Shown piece by piece: positions 52,559 through 63,132 of a stretch of DNA of 64,000 bases. Position 1 is the first letter of the stretch; every line of letters begins with the position of its first letter. The stretch covers positions 65,357-129,356 of the forward strand of contig JBMORU010000001.1 of assembly GCA_049322215.1 (NCBI GenBank), in the 5' to 3' direction. The translations under genes and the position numbers were made by a program. The notes beneath the pieces are model-generated. The model did not search any database, had not been told where the DNA came from, and saw only the letters and a program-made list of their open reading frames with translations. Source of the stretch: Patescibacteria group bacterium. GTDB lineage: Bacteria; Patescibacteriota; WWE3; UBA101185; UBA10185.

Positions 52559-52754
52559 TCATTTCTTCTAGTTCTTCTTCGTCCATGCCATGTATTTCAG
52601 CACCTCCGCCTATTGTATCAAACGCATTTGCAAAACAACCGGCACAATGAAGACCATAATCTAACATAACCTCTTCAACTTGAGGGTACATAAACACAAT
52701 ATTAGCTATATTTGTATTTCTATCAACTTTAATTTGTTTTTTATTTTTGTTCAT
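52521..52754 (-). CDS. DUF1858-like small redox protein (HCxGC motif)
   Basis: 77 aa. MYPQVEEVMLDYGLHCAGCFANAFDTIGGGAEIHG resembles the hybrid-cluster-associated DUF1858 family. Confidence 0.55.
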   Translation of the reverse strand: MNKNKKQIKVDRNTNIANIVFMYPQVEEVMLDYGLHCAGCFANAFDTIGGGAEIHGMDEEELEEMIDRINEAIQYEE

Positions 52755-53121
52755 AAATTTTTATTGAATTTTTTAAAGCTTCTAAAGGTAACATAGCACA
52801 CTTTATTCTGCTAGTGGTTAACTCAATGCCTATTAAATCAAGTAGATCCTGCTTTGAAAACCCCTTGGCTATGTTTATATCAAATTTTTCGTGCAAAACT
52901 TTATCAGTCAAAATAGAGGCAGCAGCAATACAAACACCGCAAGCCTCCCCATCATAGCCAATTTCAGCAACTTTTCCCTCAGCTACTTTTATCTGCATTT
53001 TTATTATATCGCCACACATTGGGTTTTTCTCAATTACCTCTGCATCCGGACTACTTAGTAGCCCCTTATTTAAAGGGTTTTTTATATGTTCTAACAATTC
53101 CTCCCTATACAATGACTCCAT
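52741..53121 (-). CDS. sufU: SufU/IscU-like Fe-S cluster scaffold (NifU N-terminal domain)
   Basis: 126 aa. NPMCGD, GEACGVC and a C-terminal Cys (IKCAML). Confidence 0.75.
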   Translation of the reverse strand: MESLYREELLEHIKNPLNKGLLSSPDAEVIEKNPMCGDIIKMQIKVAEGKVAEIGYDGEACGVCIAAASILTDKVLHEKFDINIAKGFSKQDLLDLIGIELTTSRIKCAMLPLEALKNSIKIYEQK

Positions 53122-53123
53122 AA

Positions 53124-54356
53124 CTAGCCTAAAACCTCCTTTGCTTTCAAAATACCGCTTACTAGTTTGTCTATATCACCTTTATCGTTATACAAATAAT
53201 AACTTGCTCTTGTAGAGGCAACTATTTGCAATGTAGTGTGCAAAGGCATGGTACAGTGATGCCCCGACCTAACTGCTACACCCTGCTCATTTAACACCGC
53301 AGCAACATCATGCGCATGAATTCCCTTTAAGGTAAATGCTACTAAACCAGTACGTTTAAGAGCATCCGTGGGACCCAATATTTCTAAACCTTCTATTCCT
53401 TGTAATTTTTCTAAAGCATATTTAGTTAGTAGTACTTCATGCTCTCTTATATTATCTATACCTACACTATTCAAATATTTTATTGCAGCAGAAAGTCCTA
53501 CTGCGCCAGCAATATTTGGGGTACCACCCTCAAATTTTTCAGGAACCTTGGCCCAAGTAGAGTTTGTAAATGCCACTTCATGAATCATACCGCCACCAAA
53601 CTTTATTGGAGACATATCTTCTAACAATTGTTGCTTACCCCATAAAACACCAATTCCTGTAGGGCCAAGCATTTTATGCCCGGAAAATGCATAAAAGTCA
53701 CATCCAAGGTTTTGGACGTTTACAGGCATATGCGGAATTGCTTGTGCGCCATCAACAATAACTTTAGTATTGTAATTCGACACTAACTTTTTTATATCTT
53801 TAATGGGTGTAATAGTACCTAAAACATTTGAGGCATGGCTGATTACAATAGCTTTAACTTTATTTTCGTACAAATCCAAAAAGTTTTTTATATCTTCTAA
53901 TAACAGTGTTCCCGTTATGTCAAAAGGGATTACTTCTAATTTAGCCTTAGCTGCCTTAGCAACTTGCTGCCAGGGCACTAAATTACTATGGTGTTCTATT
54001 CCAGAAATCAATATAACATCGTCTTCAAACACATTAAGCATACCCCAACCATAAGCTACTAAGTTTAAGCCTTCTGTAGTACCACTAGTAAACACTACTT
54101 CGCTGTCTTTATTAGCATTAATAAATTGTGCAACTGTGGTACGGGAGTATTCATACATATCTGTAGCCTCTTCGCTAAGCATGTGAATACCCCTATGAAC
54201 ATTAGCATTATGATTTAAATAGTAGTCGGATATTGCTTCAACAACCTGAACAGGCTTTTGCGAGGTAGCTGCGTTATCAAGATAAACTAGGGAATAATCG
54301 CCTACCTTCCTACTTAAAATAGGAAAGTCCTTTTTTATTTCATCCACATTAATCAT
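53124..54356 (-). CDS. sufS: Cysteine desulfurase, SufS type (class II aminotransferase class V)
   Basis: 410 aa. PLP Lys in FSGHKMLGPTG. Active-site Cys in RSGHHC. Confidence 0.9.
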   Translation of the reverse strand: MINVDEIKKDFPILSRKVGDYSLVYLDNAATSQKPVQVVEAISDYYLNHNANVHRGIHMLSEEATDMYEYSRTTVAQFINANKDSEVVFTSGTTEGLNLVAYGWGMLNVFEDDVILISGIEHHSNLVPWQQVAKAAKAKLEVIPFDITGTLLLEDIKNFLDLYENKVKAIVISHASNVLGTITPIKDIKKLVSNYNTKVIVDGAQAIPHMPVNVQNLGCDFYAFSGHKMLGPTGIGVLWGKQQLLEDMSPIKFGGGMIHEVAFTNSTWAKVPEKFEGGTPNIAGAVGLSAAIKYLNSVGIDNIREHEVLLTKYALEKLQGIEGLEILGPTDALKRTGLVAFTLKGIHAHDVAAVLNEQGVAVRSGHHCTMPLHTTLQIVASTRASYYLYNDKGDIDKLVSGILKAKEVLG

Positions 54357-54939
54357 TGAGAGATAAAGTATCCTTTAACTTTTGACGAATTTCGTCTGAC
54401 TTAATTGTAGCAAGAACACTTTCAAAAAAACCATCCACTATTAAATCTTGAGCTTCGACTCTAGTTAATCCACGACTTGTTAAGTAGTAAATTTGATTTT
54501 CATCTATTCTCCCTGTAGTTGCGCCATGGGAAGCTTTAACGTCGTCTGCTTCAATTTCTAAAATTGGTTGAGAATTGTTGTGAGTATTTTCACCTAGAAT
54601 CAAAACAGAATCATCAAGATAAGAACTTGTTTGCTGAGCTTTTTTATTTATCAAAATTTTCCCAATATAATCCGACTTAGAACCATTGGTTAAAACTCCT
54701 TTTACGTTAGTAACACATGTGGTATGCGGAGCTAGGTGATTGGCAATTGTCGTTAAGTGCAAATTATCACCCATGCCTAATTTGTACAAGCCAATAATTT
54801 CAGCTGCAACACCTTCTTTTTCAAATTTAAGTTCAACAACATATTTGCCACTTTTAAAGGGAATGTCTAAAACAAATTGAGTGTCTTCTGTTACAGAAAT
54901 TGAGTTATTTTCTTTTAATTTTAAAAATTCTACTTTCAC
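54349..54939 (-). CDS. sufD: SufD-like Fe-S assembly protein (short form, C-terminal core only)
   Basis: 196 aa. HGATTGRIDENQIYYLTSRGLTRVEAQDLIVDGFF is the SufB/SufD C-terminal signature. Confidence 0.65.
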   Translation of the reverse strand: MKVEFLKLKENNSISVTEDTQFVLDIPFKSGKYVVELKFEKEGVAAEIIGLYKLGMGDNLHLTTIANHLAPHTTCVTNVKGVLTNGSKSDYIGKILINKKAQQTSSYLDDSVLILGENTHNNSQPILEIEADDVKASHGATTGRIDENQIYYLTSRGLTRVEAQDLIVDGFFESVLATIKSDEIRQKLKDTLSLND

Positions 54940-55030
54940 TTAGTGTATTATTTGCTAAATAAAGTACATGTTATATGGAGCGATTCCGCAGCGAAGCGAA
55001 GACTTAGTGACATGTAACTTGTAGTTTTAT

Positions 55031-56470
55031 CTAACCAACAGAGCCCTCCATTTCCAACTCAATTAACCTATTTAGTTCTACAGAATATTCCATGGGCAAT
55101 TCTTTAACAATAGGCTCTATAAACCCAGACACTATTAAGCTCATTGCTTCTGCTTCACTTAAACCACGACTCATTAAGTAAAACATTTTTTCTTCACCTA
55201 TTTTACTCACTGTTGCTTCATGCTCTATTTGGGCACTACTATTGTCAATTTTCATTACGGGAAATGTGTCTGTTGCAGACTCAGCGTCTAAAATTAACGC
55301 ATCGCATTCAACCCTACTTTTGGCGTTTTTTGCAGATGGAGTAACAGCCACCATTCCTCTATAACTAGTCCTGCCACCATTAGCACTTATAGACTTGGAA
55401 ATTATTGTTGAAGATGTATTTGGAGCAATATGTATCATTTTAGCTCCTGCATCTTGGTGTTGATTTTCGTTAGCATACGCAATAGATAAAACCTCGCCAT
55501 GCGCACCCTCACCCACTAAGTAACAACTTGGATACTTCATTGTTAAACGAGATCCCAAATTACCGTCTATCCATTCCATTATTCCGTTTTTTTCTACACG
55601 AGCACGTTTTGTTACTAAGTTATAAACATCATTTGACCAATTTTGAATAGTCGTATACCTGCAACGGGCACCAGGCTTAACAATTATTTCTACAACAGCA
55701 GAATGTAAAGAATCTGTTGAGTAAACAGGAGCTGTACAACCCTCAACATAATGAAATTCGCTACCTTCATCGGCTATTATTAAAGTTCTCTCAAACTGAC
55801 CCATATTTTCTGCATTTATTCTAAAGTAAGCTTGTAACGGTCTTTTTAACTTTACTCCTTTTGGAACATAAACAAACGAACCTCCAGACCATACAGCACT
55901 ATTTAGTGCAGCAAATTTATTATCGTTAGGGGGAATAACTGTTCCAAAATACTCTTCGAAAAATTCTGGATGTTTTTGTAACGCTTCGTCTGTTCCCATA
56001 AATAAAACACCGTCTTCTTCAAGTTCTGACATTAAAGAGCCATAAATTACTTCAGAATCAAATTGTGCTTTAACTCCCGCTAAATGTTTTCTTTCGGCTT
56101 CGGGAATACCTAAGCGCTCGAATGTTTGTTTCATTTCTGCCGGAACATCATCCCAACTACGCTTTTCATCGTCAGTGGGTTTTAAGTAGTAGTAAATATT
56201 ATCGTAATTGATTTTGCTTAAGTCGCCACCCCAAGTTGGAGTAGGTTTTTCCTTAAAAATTCGGTAAGCCTTGAGTCTAAAATCAAGCATCCATGCAGGT
56301 TCATTTTTCATGGCTGAAATTTTTACAATTACATCTTCGTTTAAGCCCTTTTCGGCTTTAAAAACATAGTTTTCAGGAACATTAAAACCATACTTTGTTT
56401 TATAATCGGCATTAACGTTTACAGACGCCTCAGACTTTTTTTGATTTTCTGCCATTTGTTTTTTACCCAT
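55031..56470 (-). CDS. sufB: Fe-S cluster assembly protein SufB
   Basis: 479 aa. Conserved SufB core ([34 protein letters not shown]) and N-terminal region. Confidence 0.9.
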   Translation of the reverse strand: MGKKQMAENQKKSEASVNVNADYKTKYGFNVPENYVFKAEKGLNEDVIVKISAMKNEPAWMLDFRLKAYRIFKEKPTPTWGGDLSKINYDNIYYYLKPTDDEKRSWDDVPAEMKQTFERLGIPEAERKHLAGVKAQFDSEVIYGSLMSELEEDGVLFMGTDEALQKHPEFFEEYFGTVIPPNDNKFAALNSAVWSGGSFVYVPKGVKLKRPLQAYFRINAENMGQFERTLIIADEGSEFHYVEGCTAPVYSTDSLHSAVVEIIVKPGARCRYTTIQNWSNDVYNLVTKRARVEKNGIMEWIDGNLGSRLTMKYPSCYLVGEGAHGEVLSIAYANENQHQDAGAKMIHIAPNTSSTIISKSISANGGRTSYRGMVAVTPSAKNAKSRVECDALILDAESATDTFPVMKIDNSSAQIEHEATVSKIGEEKMFYLMSRGLSEAEAMSLIVSGFIEPIVKELPMEYSVELNRLIELEMEGSVG

Positions 56471-57202
56471 TTATTCACCAAAAGGCGCATAGCCCTTTTC
56501 TTCTAGTTCGTGCGCCAATTCAGAACCTCCTGTTTTTACAATTTTTCCATCCTGCATTATATGTACAAAATCAGGCTCAATATGCTTTAAAACACGTGTA
56601 TAGTGTGTGATTAAAAGTACTGTCATATCTTTCTTATCTTTTAAGTGATTAACAGCTTTTCCTACTACTTTTAAAGCATCTACATCTAAACCACTATCGG
56701 TTTCATCTAAAATGGCCAGTTTTGGTTCCATAATAAGCATTTGCAACATTTCCATACGCTTTTTTTCACCACCAGAAAAACCCTCGTTTAAATAGCGCGT
56801 CATAAAACTTTCATCCATATTCAACAGGTCCATTTTCTCTTTTAAAATTTTTCTGAAACGTGCCGGGGGTAGTTTTTCACCGTGCATTTTGTTATGAATC
56901 ATTCTCAAAAAATTAGATATTGTAACTCCTGTTACTTCGCTTGGGTATTGAAACGATAAAAAAACACCGGCAAGAGCACGCTCGTCGGGCTCCATTGCCA
57001 GTAAATCTTCGCCATTAAGTAAAACTGTACCTTTATTTATTTCATACATTGGATGTCCCATTAAAGATTGTGCTAAAGTGCTTTTACCAGAACCGTTTGG
57101 TCCCATAAGTACATGAACTTTACCTTTTGTAACTTCTAAATCTACACCCTTTAAAATAAGTTTTTCTTCAATTGATACCTTTAAATCTGTGATTTTTAAC
57201 AT
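56471..57202 (-). CDS. sufC: Fe-S cluster assembly ATPase SufC
   Basis: 243 aa ABC ATPase. GPNGSGKSTL, FSGGEKKR and DETDSGLD. Confidence 0.9.
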   Translation of the reverse strand: MLKITDLKVSIEEKLILKGVDLEVTKGKVHVLMGPNGSGKSTLAQSLMGHPMYEINKGTVLLNGEDLLAMEPDERALAGVFLSFQYPSEVTGVTISNFLRMIHNKMHGEKLPPARFRKILKEKMDLLNMDESFMTRYLNEGFSGGEKKRMEMLQMLIMEPKLAILDETDSGLDVDALKVVGKAVNHLKDKKDMTVLLITHYTRVLKHIEPDFVHIMQDGKIVKTGGSELAHELEEKGYAPFGE

Positions 57203-57507
57203 TAATTTTTCTCCGGGAATTTAATATCATGCACTACACAGTTTGCACTATAATGAGGGCATACTTCGTTTGCACTATAAATAACTTCTTTTCCATCTTT
57301 TCTAGAATCAAGAAGTCCGTTTTCACGCATTTCTTTTAAATGATATGAAACTGTAGGCTGCTTTAGATTTAAAAGTGAAACCAACTCAGACACAGAGGCT
57401 TCACCCTCATGTACTAAGTATTGGTAAATATTCATACGTGAAGAAACCCCTAAAGATTTAAAACATTGCGTACATTTTACTTTTTCGTTTGCTTTTAAAA
57501 TTTGCAC
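57202..57507 (-). CDS. ArsR/SmtB-family transcriptional regulator (putative suf operon regulator, Cys-containing)
   Basis: 101 aa with a wHTH (VSELVSLLNLKQPTVSYHLKEM) and Cys pairs near both termini. Its stop overlaps the sufC start. Confidence 0.7.
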   Translation of the reverse strand: MQILKANEKVKCTQCFKSLGVSSRMNIYQYLVHEGEASVSELVSLLNLKQPTVSYHLKEMRENGLLDSRKDGKEVIYSANEVCPHYSANCVVHDIKFPEKN

Positions 57508-57558
57508 AAATTGATACTAATCTATATGTACCATTGTGTCAAAAGAATGTGAATATTA

Positions 57559-60500
57559 TTAAAGATTATTCATTGGAGGTTCGGGAAAGTCATTTATACA
57601 TTCCTCAGGATCATCTGACTCACAGTGAACCGGATCTTGTACTGCATTTCTTAGCATGCTTCCCCAAACATGAATTTGCTCGGGACCGGCAGCACCAGAA
57701 TCAGCGCCACGACCTTGACCTTGTGGAGGGTCTTTTTCGTTAGATGCAATTTGATCTAGGGTCATAATAGAACCAATATCTGTCAAAGGCTCTAATTCTT
57801 GCGGAGGTGCAAACGGAAGCACAACCTCTAACGAGCACTTACCAACAGCAATTCCTCGACGTGCTTCAACAAAGGTATAGGCATCTAAGTCAGTTTCAAT
57901 ATCACCTAAACAAGCCGTGTCCCCATCCTCACCGTAACCTTGGGGTTCATCTTGGCTTCTATGCGTGCACGAAGTTACAATAAAGCCATCTGGTACAGAA
58001 GAGTAGTCACCATCTTCACACACGGCGCTTGCGCTAACACCATAGTCACTACATGAACATGTCCCAGCAGTACATGGAGGCCCGTCTAAAGTACAACTAT
58101 TTTCACAAGGAAACTCACTGTCTGCAGGACAACCCCCACCGCTCCAACTACCCCATGTATAAGGGTTACAGGTAGAGTTAGCAGGAATATCGTTACCCCA
58201 GACTCCAAATACCGATAGCAAGTTTGCAAAAAACTGTAAAACAGCACCAAAAATAGATTCGTTAAAGAATAGCCCTTGTGCTATTGGAGGTACTTCCTCG
58301 GTTAAGTATTTATACCCCTCAGATCCTCTATGAGTTTCATCACGAATAAACCATTCTTCATTAGTTGGATCTGTGGAACCAGTAGAGTGGTTGTAGGTAC
58401 AAAGTGATTGCTGCAAACCAATACGATACCAACCTCTGTTGCCTCCTTGGGGCAACTCAGTGTCAGGATTAAAGGCGTTGCCTTCGGTAGAATCTATACA
58501 CTGCACTTGAAATGGACTATGCCAAATCATAGAAGGAGGACCTCCCCATTGTGTATGAGAAACAGCCTGGTTTGAATACAAAATATTAGCCCAAGGCAGC
58601 GAATAAATACCTTGAGGTCCTGCAGGGTGTACAACATAGTTTAGTCCAAAAAATGGGCGGTCAGCTTTTGTACCATCTTCAAACGGAGCAATTCTCCATA
58701 CAGGATCTGCATTATTAATAAAAGAGTCATTAGTTGCCTCATTAAATTCTTTTGTTTGATAAGTTTTCTCTAAAGCACCACCTTCGTTGTATAGCAAAGC
58801 CACAGGAAAGTAGCGGCAATCCAAACTGTAACCACTTAATCCTGGAATATTAGGATCATTTTCGTCATAGGCTAAACGATCATCACAAGCATCATCCCAG
58901 GGAGGTTGAATTTGATCTAACATTACAACACCGCCACTATCGGTTTCGCAAGCGGGAACTGCGCTTGGGTCACTCATTAAGCCATAGCGTTCTTCCCACT
59001 CAAATGGACCTGCCCCACCAACGGCAGGACCCCCACATGTTTGACCGTTACGACCTTCATTTTCTTCTAAAGCAATTGGGTATGTGCATGCTGCGTTTCT
59101 TCTACATAAGGGTAATTCCTCTTCATCTATAGTTTCGTTCCTTGGGGGCGTAATATCATCTCGATAATTGTACCCGTAACCTGTTAATAAATAATTGGCT
59201 CCGTAGTACGAGGTTGCGTCTGTAGAATTATAAACACCATTTCTACCTTCTAACGGGTCTTTAGAAGTAACTTCATTATTTTGAGGAGGACATAATTGAG
59301 TAGCGGGGTCACAATCTGGGTCATCGGTAGGGGCGCCAATATACGAATCATCTACATCTTCTTTTAATAATTCAACGTTATAAACTACTGACGGAGTATT
59401 AGTAAAGCCATCTAAATCAAAGTTTTGCTCATTACATGTTAAATACTCAACCCTATCTACATACGATAAATCTCCCGGACAGGGCACTTGAGGTAAACCT
59501 CCGGGCAATGGCTCAACGTCTAAATTAATTGGCTGATAAATTTGAATATCGTGATCTAAGCTTACTTTTAAAATTTCCTTAGGTTCTCCGAAAGCGCAAA
59601 AAGCTATGTAGTTAGAGTTGTCAAAACTATCTGGAGTTCTATAGGTAGTTAATTCAAAATTACCGTTTTCATCTGTAAAAACAGTAGCTTCAGAATTTAC
59701 TATATGTCCTGCGTTTCTTTTACCAGTACCATAGTCCCAACTACCCTGATATGCAGTTACCGATACACCCGTTAACTTTTTATTAAGAGTTTCTGTTCCA
59801 TCACTTTCTACAAATTTTCTGGTAGAGCGCACACGACCTTTTATAACCACAGGCCATTCACAACTGGTATCGCTGTAATTACCTGTAGGCAAAGCACCTG
59901 ATGCTCTAACACCGAATTCTCCAATATAAAATAACTTTCCTAAAGCCGCTGCTTGTTGAGAAGCAAGCGCCATATTATTTTTTTCTGTAATCGTATAATA
60001 GTGACCCGATGCAATATCTATATTTGGATTGTCGTTACTTACAGTAAAATCAGCGGGGCTTTCAGCAGAAAGAGCACTATCCCCTAAGGTACAAGGCTGA
60101 CCCGACATTTGCCCAATTCCAACCAATTTAGACGAATCTACAGATTTTAATGCCGCTGCCATATCAGCAGCCCACTCAGCATAAAATGGTAAACAACCAC
60201 CTAAACCACCGCAGTGAGGCTCATTTAAAAGTTCGTAAGCATAAACACCGTTGCTACCAATAAAGTTGGCAGCAAGGTCTTGTGCATACGAATAATACGA
60301 CCCAACATAGTTGGGGCCTGTAATTTGAGATCTATAACCACCTGCGTACCAATTGGTTGGGTTAGATCTTACATTTCCATCAATACCTAATTCACAAGTG
60401 TTAGCAAAGTCACAAATTACAACAATCAAACGAATACCATAAGTGTTATATGCTAAATCAGCAATTTGCCTTGCAATTGGGTCGTTACCGTTTCTGTCAG

Positions 60501-60894
60501 GACTACCAAAAACACGCACCATATTCACACCACAACTTTGCAAATAGGCTAAAGCTTGGTCTGCAGCACCTGAGTTAAACAAATTAGGAACATTAACGCC
60601 TACCCAGTCAAAAGCCCCTGCATTGTTAGCTAAAGCCTGACAAGTATCGTCGCCTAAATAAAATGAAAACTCATCCTGACCAAAAACACCTGGACCACCT
60701 AATTCATGAGAATACTGCCAATATAAAAAGCCACGGGCTCCAATAGCTGCCATAGCCTGCATTTCGGCTTCCACGGTTGAAGAGCGCGCATCAGCGTACA
60801 CAGGTTTTACGTCAACGAATAGTGAAAAAACACTAAAAATAAAGGCGTTGACCAATATTATTAAAAAATATCGCGCGAATATTTTCATATTCAA
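57559..60894 (-). CDS. Giant secreted glycoside hydrolase family 5 (GH5) protein with an about 780-aa Cys/Gly/Asp/Pro-rich C-terminal extension
   Basis: 1111 aa. Signal peptide, GH5 catalytic motifs VRVFGSP (Arg), ELLNEPH (acid/base in NEP), GHYY and IGEFG (nucleophile). Then a long low-complexity Cys-rich region. GC-richer than flanking DNA. Confidence 0.75.
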   Translation of the reverse strand: MNMKIFARYFLIILVNAFIFSVFSLFVDVKPVYADARSSTVEAEMQAMAAIGARGFLYWQYSHELGGPGVFGQDEFSFYLGDDTCQALANNAGAFDWVGVNVPNLFNSGAADQALAYLQSCGVNMVRVFGSPDRNGNDPIARQIADLAYNTYGIRLIVVICDFANTCELGIDGNVRSNPTNWYAGGYRSQITGPNYVGSYYSYAQDLAANFIGSNGVYAYELLNEPHCGGLGGCLPFYAEWAADMAAALKSVDSSKLVGIGQMSGQPCTLGDSALSAESPADFTVSNDNPNIDIASGHYYTITEKNNMALASQQAAALGKLFYIGEFGVRASGALPTGNYSDTSCEWPVVIKGRVRSTRKFVESDGTETLNKKLTGVSVTAYQGSWDYGTGKRNAGHIVNSEATVFTDENGNFELTTYRTPDSFDNSNYIAFCAFGEPKEILKVSLDHDIQIYQPINLDVEPLPGGLPQVPCPGDLSYVDRVEYLTCNEQNFDLDGFTNTPSVVYNVELLKEDVDDSYIGAPTDDPDCDPATQLCPPQNNEVTSKDPLEGRNGVYNSTDATSYYGANYLLTGYGYNYRDDITPPRNETIDEEELPLCRRNAACTYPIALEENEGRNGQTCGGPAVGGAGPFEWEERYGLMSDPSAVPACETDSGGVVMLDQIQPPWDDACDDRLAYDENDPNIPGLSGYSLDCRYFPVALLYNEGGALEKTYQTKEFNEATNDSFINNADPVWRIAPFEDGTKADRPFFGLNYVVHPAGPQGIYSLPWANILYSNQAVSHTQWGGPPSMIWHSPFQVQCIDSTEGNAFNPDTELPQGGNRGWYRIGLQQSLCTYNHSTGSTDPTNEEWFIRDETHRGSEGYKYLTEEVPPIAQGLFFNESIFGAVLQFFANLLSVFGVWGNDIPANSTCNPYTWGSWSGGGCPADSEFPCENSCTLDGPPCTAGTCSCSDYGVSASAVCEDGDYSSVPDGFIVTSCTHRSQDEPQGYGEDGDTACLGDIETDLDAYTFVEARRGIAVGKCSLEVVLPFAPPQELEPLTDIGSIMTLDQIASNEKDPPQGQGRGADSGAAGPEQIHVWGSMLRNAVQDPVHCESDDPEECINDFPEPPMNNL

Positions 60895-61963
60895 AAAAAT
60901 TATACCAAAATTTGCTAAACTAATAAGTATGAAAAAGATTAAAGCGTTTTTTTACGTATATATAAAAAGTATAACTTCAATTGATTATTACAAAGATCTT
61001 ACCAAAGTAGGATTTGGATTTTCTTTTAAATACTTTGTTATTTTAGCAGCCCTTGCGGCTATAGTGGCAAGTGTAGGAATTTCGTTACCTGCATCTAAAA
61101 GTATAAACGAAGCAGTAAACAAAGGTTTAGATAGCTTGGTAAACCACTATCCTGAAGATTTGGAAATTACAATTAAAGAAGGCTTACTATCAATTAATAA
61201 ACCAGAACCTTACATAGTTAAGTTTCCAGAAGAGCTAACACAAGATTCTGAAGAATTTAAAGATCAAAATTTAATAGTTTTTGATTCAGAAGGAACAATA
61301 GACGATTTAGAAAACTACAACACTGTAATTTTAGTCAACAGAAAAAACATATTAGTAAACAACCCGGAGGCAACGGGAACAGATCAAATTAGAGTTTTAC
61401 CTTTAAGAGACTTTGAAGAAGGTACCTTAAACAAAGAAACCGTAATGTATTTAATAAATGAGTTTCGACCTTTAGCTAAATTTATTCCATACATAGTATT
61501 TACTGCAATTGCAGGTGCTATGATATTTTATTTCTTTGCTTACCGTCTTACCTATTTACTTGTGGTTACTGCAATTTTAATGCTTGTAGGAAACATAGTT
61601 AAAGTTAAACTACAGTTTTCTAAGTACTATCAAATAGGTTTACATGCTATGACTTTACCCCTAACTATAGACGTAATAACATTAGTAGCTAAGCAACAAG
61701 TACCGATACCTTTGTGGTTTTTGTTAATTAATACTGCAATTGGTGTTTTTGCTTTGTTGCGAATGAAGGAAGCAAGTGGCGAAATGAATAAAGTAAGTGA
61801 GGAAAATGCTAATGGTGAAGATGTAACGCATTGGCCCCAACCTCCAGTAGAAGTTGAGAAAACAGAAGAGAAGCCCATGGAAGTTGAGCAACCTGAAACA
61901 GTGGAAAACTCTGAAAGCGCAGATAATAGTGCTGATCAAGAAGAAACTAATTTAGGTAATTGA
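60848..61963 (+). CDS. hypothetical polytopic membrane protein with an acidic C-terminal tail
   Basis: 371 aa with 5-6 TM segments. The annotated start overlaps the divergent GH5 gene start, so the true start is probably the internal MKKIKAFF (about 60929). Confidence 0.5.
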   Translation: MTNIIKKYRANIFIFKKIIPKFAKLISMKKIKAFFYVYIKSITSIDYYKDLTKVGFGFSFKYFVILAALAAIVASVGISLPASKSINEAVNKGLDSLVNHYPEDLEITIKEGLLSINKPEPYIVKFPEELTQDSEEFKDQNLIVFDSEGTIDDLENYNTVILVNRKNILVNNPEATGTDQIRVLPLRDFEEGTLNKETVMYLINEFRPLAKFIPYIVFTAIAGAMIFYFFAYRLTYLLVVTAILMLVGNIVKVKLQFSKYYQIGLHAMTLPLTIDVITLVAKQQVPIPLWFLLINTAIGVFALLRMKEASGEMNKVSEENANGEDVTHWPQPPVEVEKTEEKPMEVEQPETVENSESADNSADQEETNLGN

Positions 61964-62020
61964 TCGCAGTTAAACGCTGTGATAGCATAGCGATGCACTT
62001 TTAAAGAGTGTTTTTAATGA

Positions 62021-62095
62021 TCCTCGGTAGCTCAGTGGTAGAGCAGGAAGCTGTTAACTTCAAGGTCGTAGGTTCGAATCCTACCCGAGGAGCCA
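62021..62095 (+). tRNA. tRNA-Asn (anticodon GTT), CCA encoded
   Basis: TCCTCGGTAGCTCAGTGGTAGAGCAGGAAGCTGTTAACTTCAAGGTCGTAGGTTCGAATCCTACCCGAGGAGCCA. Acceptor ends mirror the E. coli tRNA-Asn (TCCTC...GAGGAGCCA). Confidence 0.9.
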
Positions 62096-62098
62096 AAA

Positions 62099-62905
62099 TC
62101 ACTTACAATAGTCACTCATTTTCCCACTTTGGGAATCCGAAGAAGGCAGTGATAATACTTTCTCTCTATCTGCAGGAGATATCCAATCGAACCAACAAAC
62201 AGCATATTGATAAGTGTCGGAAAGATGGCTGGCAGCCCAAACCGAATCTTTTGAAGATTCGTTTTTTTCTCTGTAGTCGTATACTCCCCAGTCCAAAAAG
62301 GTATTTGTTCCGTCTTTACTCGAGCCGTTTTTTGTTGTTCCTACCGCAGTGGCGATAACTTCTCCTTGTTTAACTTCGATTGGCGGATAGACTTGAGTGG
62401 TTCTTGAATCCATTTCTTTTGGCATCGGAAATTTTTCAGCAATTTCTTGAAATTTAGGAGAAAGCGTCAATAGATGTCCAACTCGATAGCGAATTCCGCA
62501 AGGGTGCTCAAAGTCGAATGTGTACTGGATATCACCTGTAATAACGGGGTACCTTGCGCCAGCAATCACCTTGGCATCGATGGGTGCTGTTACCAAAATG
62601 TCAGTTGGGAGAGAGTTATCAAATCTGAAACCTCCGTGGGCTTTGAATTCACCTCCGCGGATCTGTCCAGGGTAAAGTATTGAGGTTGCTTTGCTAATTT
62701 CAATAGGCAAAGGAAAGATAAACGGGTCTGGGCAAGTTGTTTTCTCACTTTCTCTTTCTATAGATACTGGATACGCATTACTATTACTAACAATGGCAGG
62801 CGCACGATTCTTAAACGACTTTAGAGTAACTAAACCAACAATAAGAATTACTACAACGGTAATTAAAACGGGAATAACTGCCAATCCCTTTTGTTTCTTC
62901 ATCAC
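62099..62905 (-). CDS. Membrane-anchored secreted hypothetical protein (268 aa), GC-richer
   Basis: N-terminal TM (LAVIPVLITVVVILIVGLVTL). No family recognised. The stop lies 4 nt from the tRNA-Asn 3' end. Confidence 0.45.
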   Translation of the reverse strand: MMKKQKGLAVIPVLITVVVILIVGLVTLKSFKNRAPAIVSNSNAYPVSIERESEKTTCPDPFIFPLPIEISKATSILYPGQIRGGEFKAHGGFRFDNSLPTDILVTAPIDAKVIAGARYPVITGDIQYTFDFEHPCGIRYRVGHLLTLSPKFQEIAEKFPMPKEMDSRTTQVYPPIEVKQGEVIATAVGTTKNGSSKDGTNTFLDWGVYDYREKNESSKDSVWAASHLSDTYQYAVCWFDWISPADREKVLSLPSSDSQSGKMSDYCK

Positions 62906-63132
62906 AGTTTTATCTTATCACAAGACTTTTATAATTCGGAGTAATTGAACTTGTCTGAGAAATTCAAACTGTTCATAAAACACTTTAATCTCGTGGAAAT
63001 GGGTATTTAACTCAATTTCTCTGTTGAGAAACATGTCAATCAAGAGGAGCTAGTACCCCATAGTGTTTACAGGCGGCAATTTCCACGATATAATAAGCAA
63101 AACTTAATCTCAAACAAAAAAAGGAGTAAACA

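Noticed and set aside
62008-62358. 116-aa (+) ORF starting inside tRNA-Asn
   Set aside because: It overlaps the tRNA-Asn gene and runs antisense through the 268-aa minus-strand gene.
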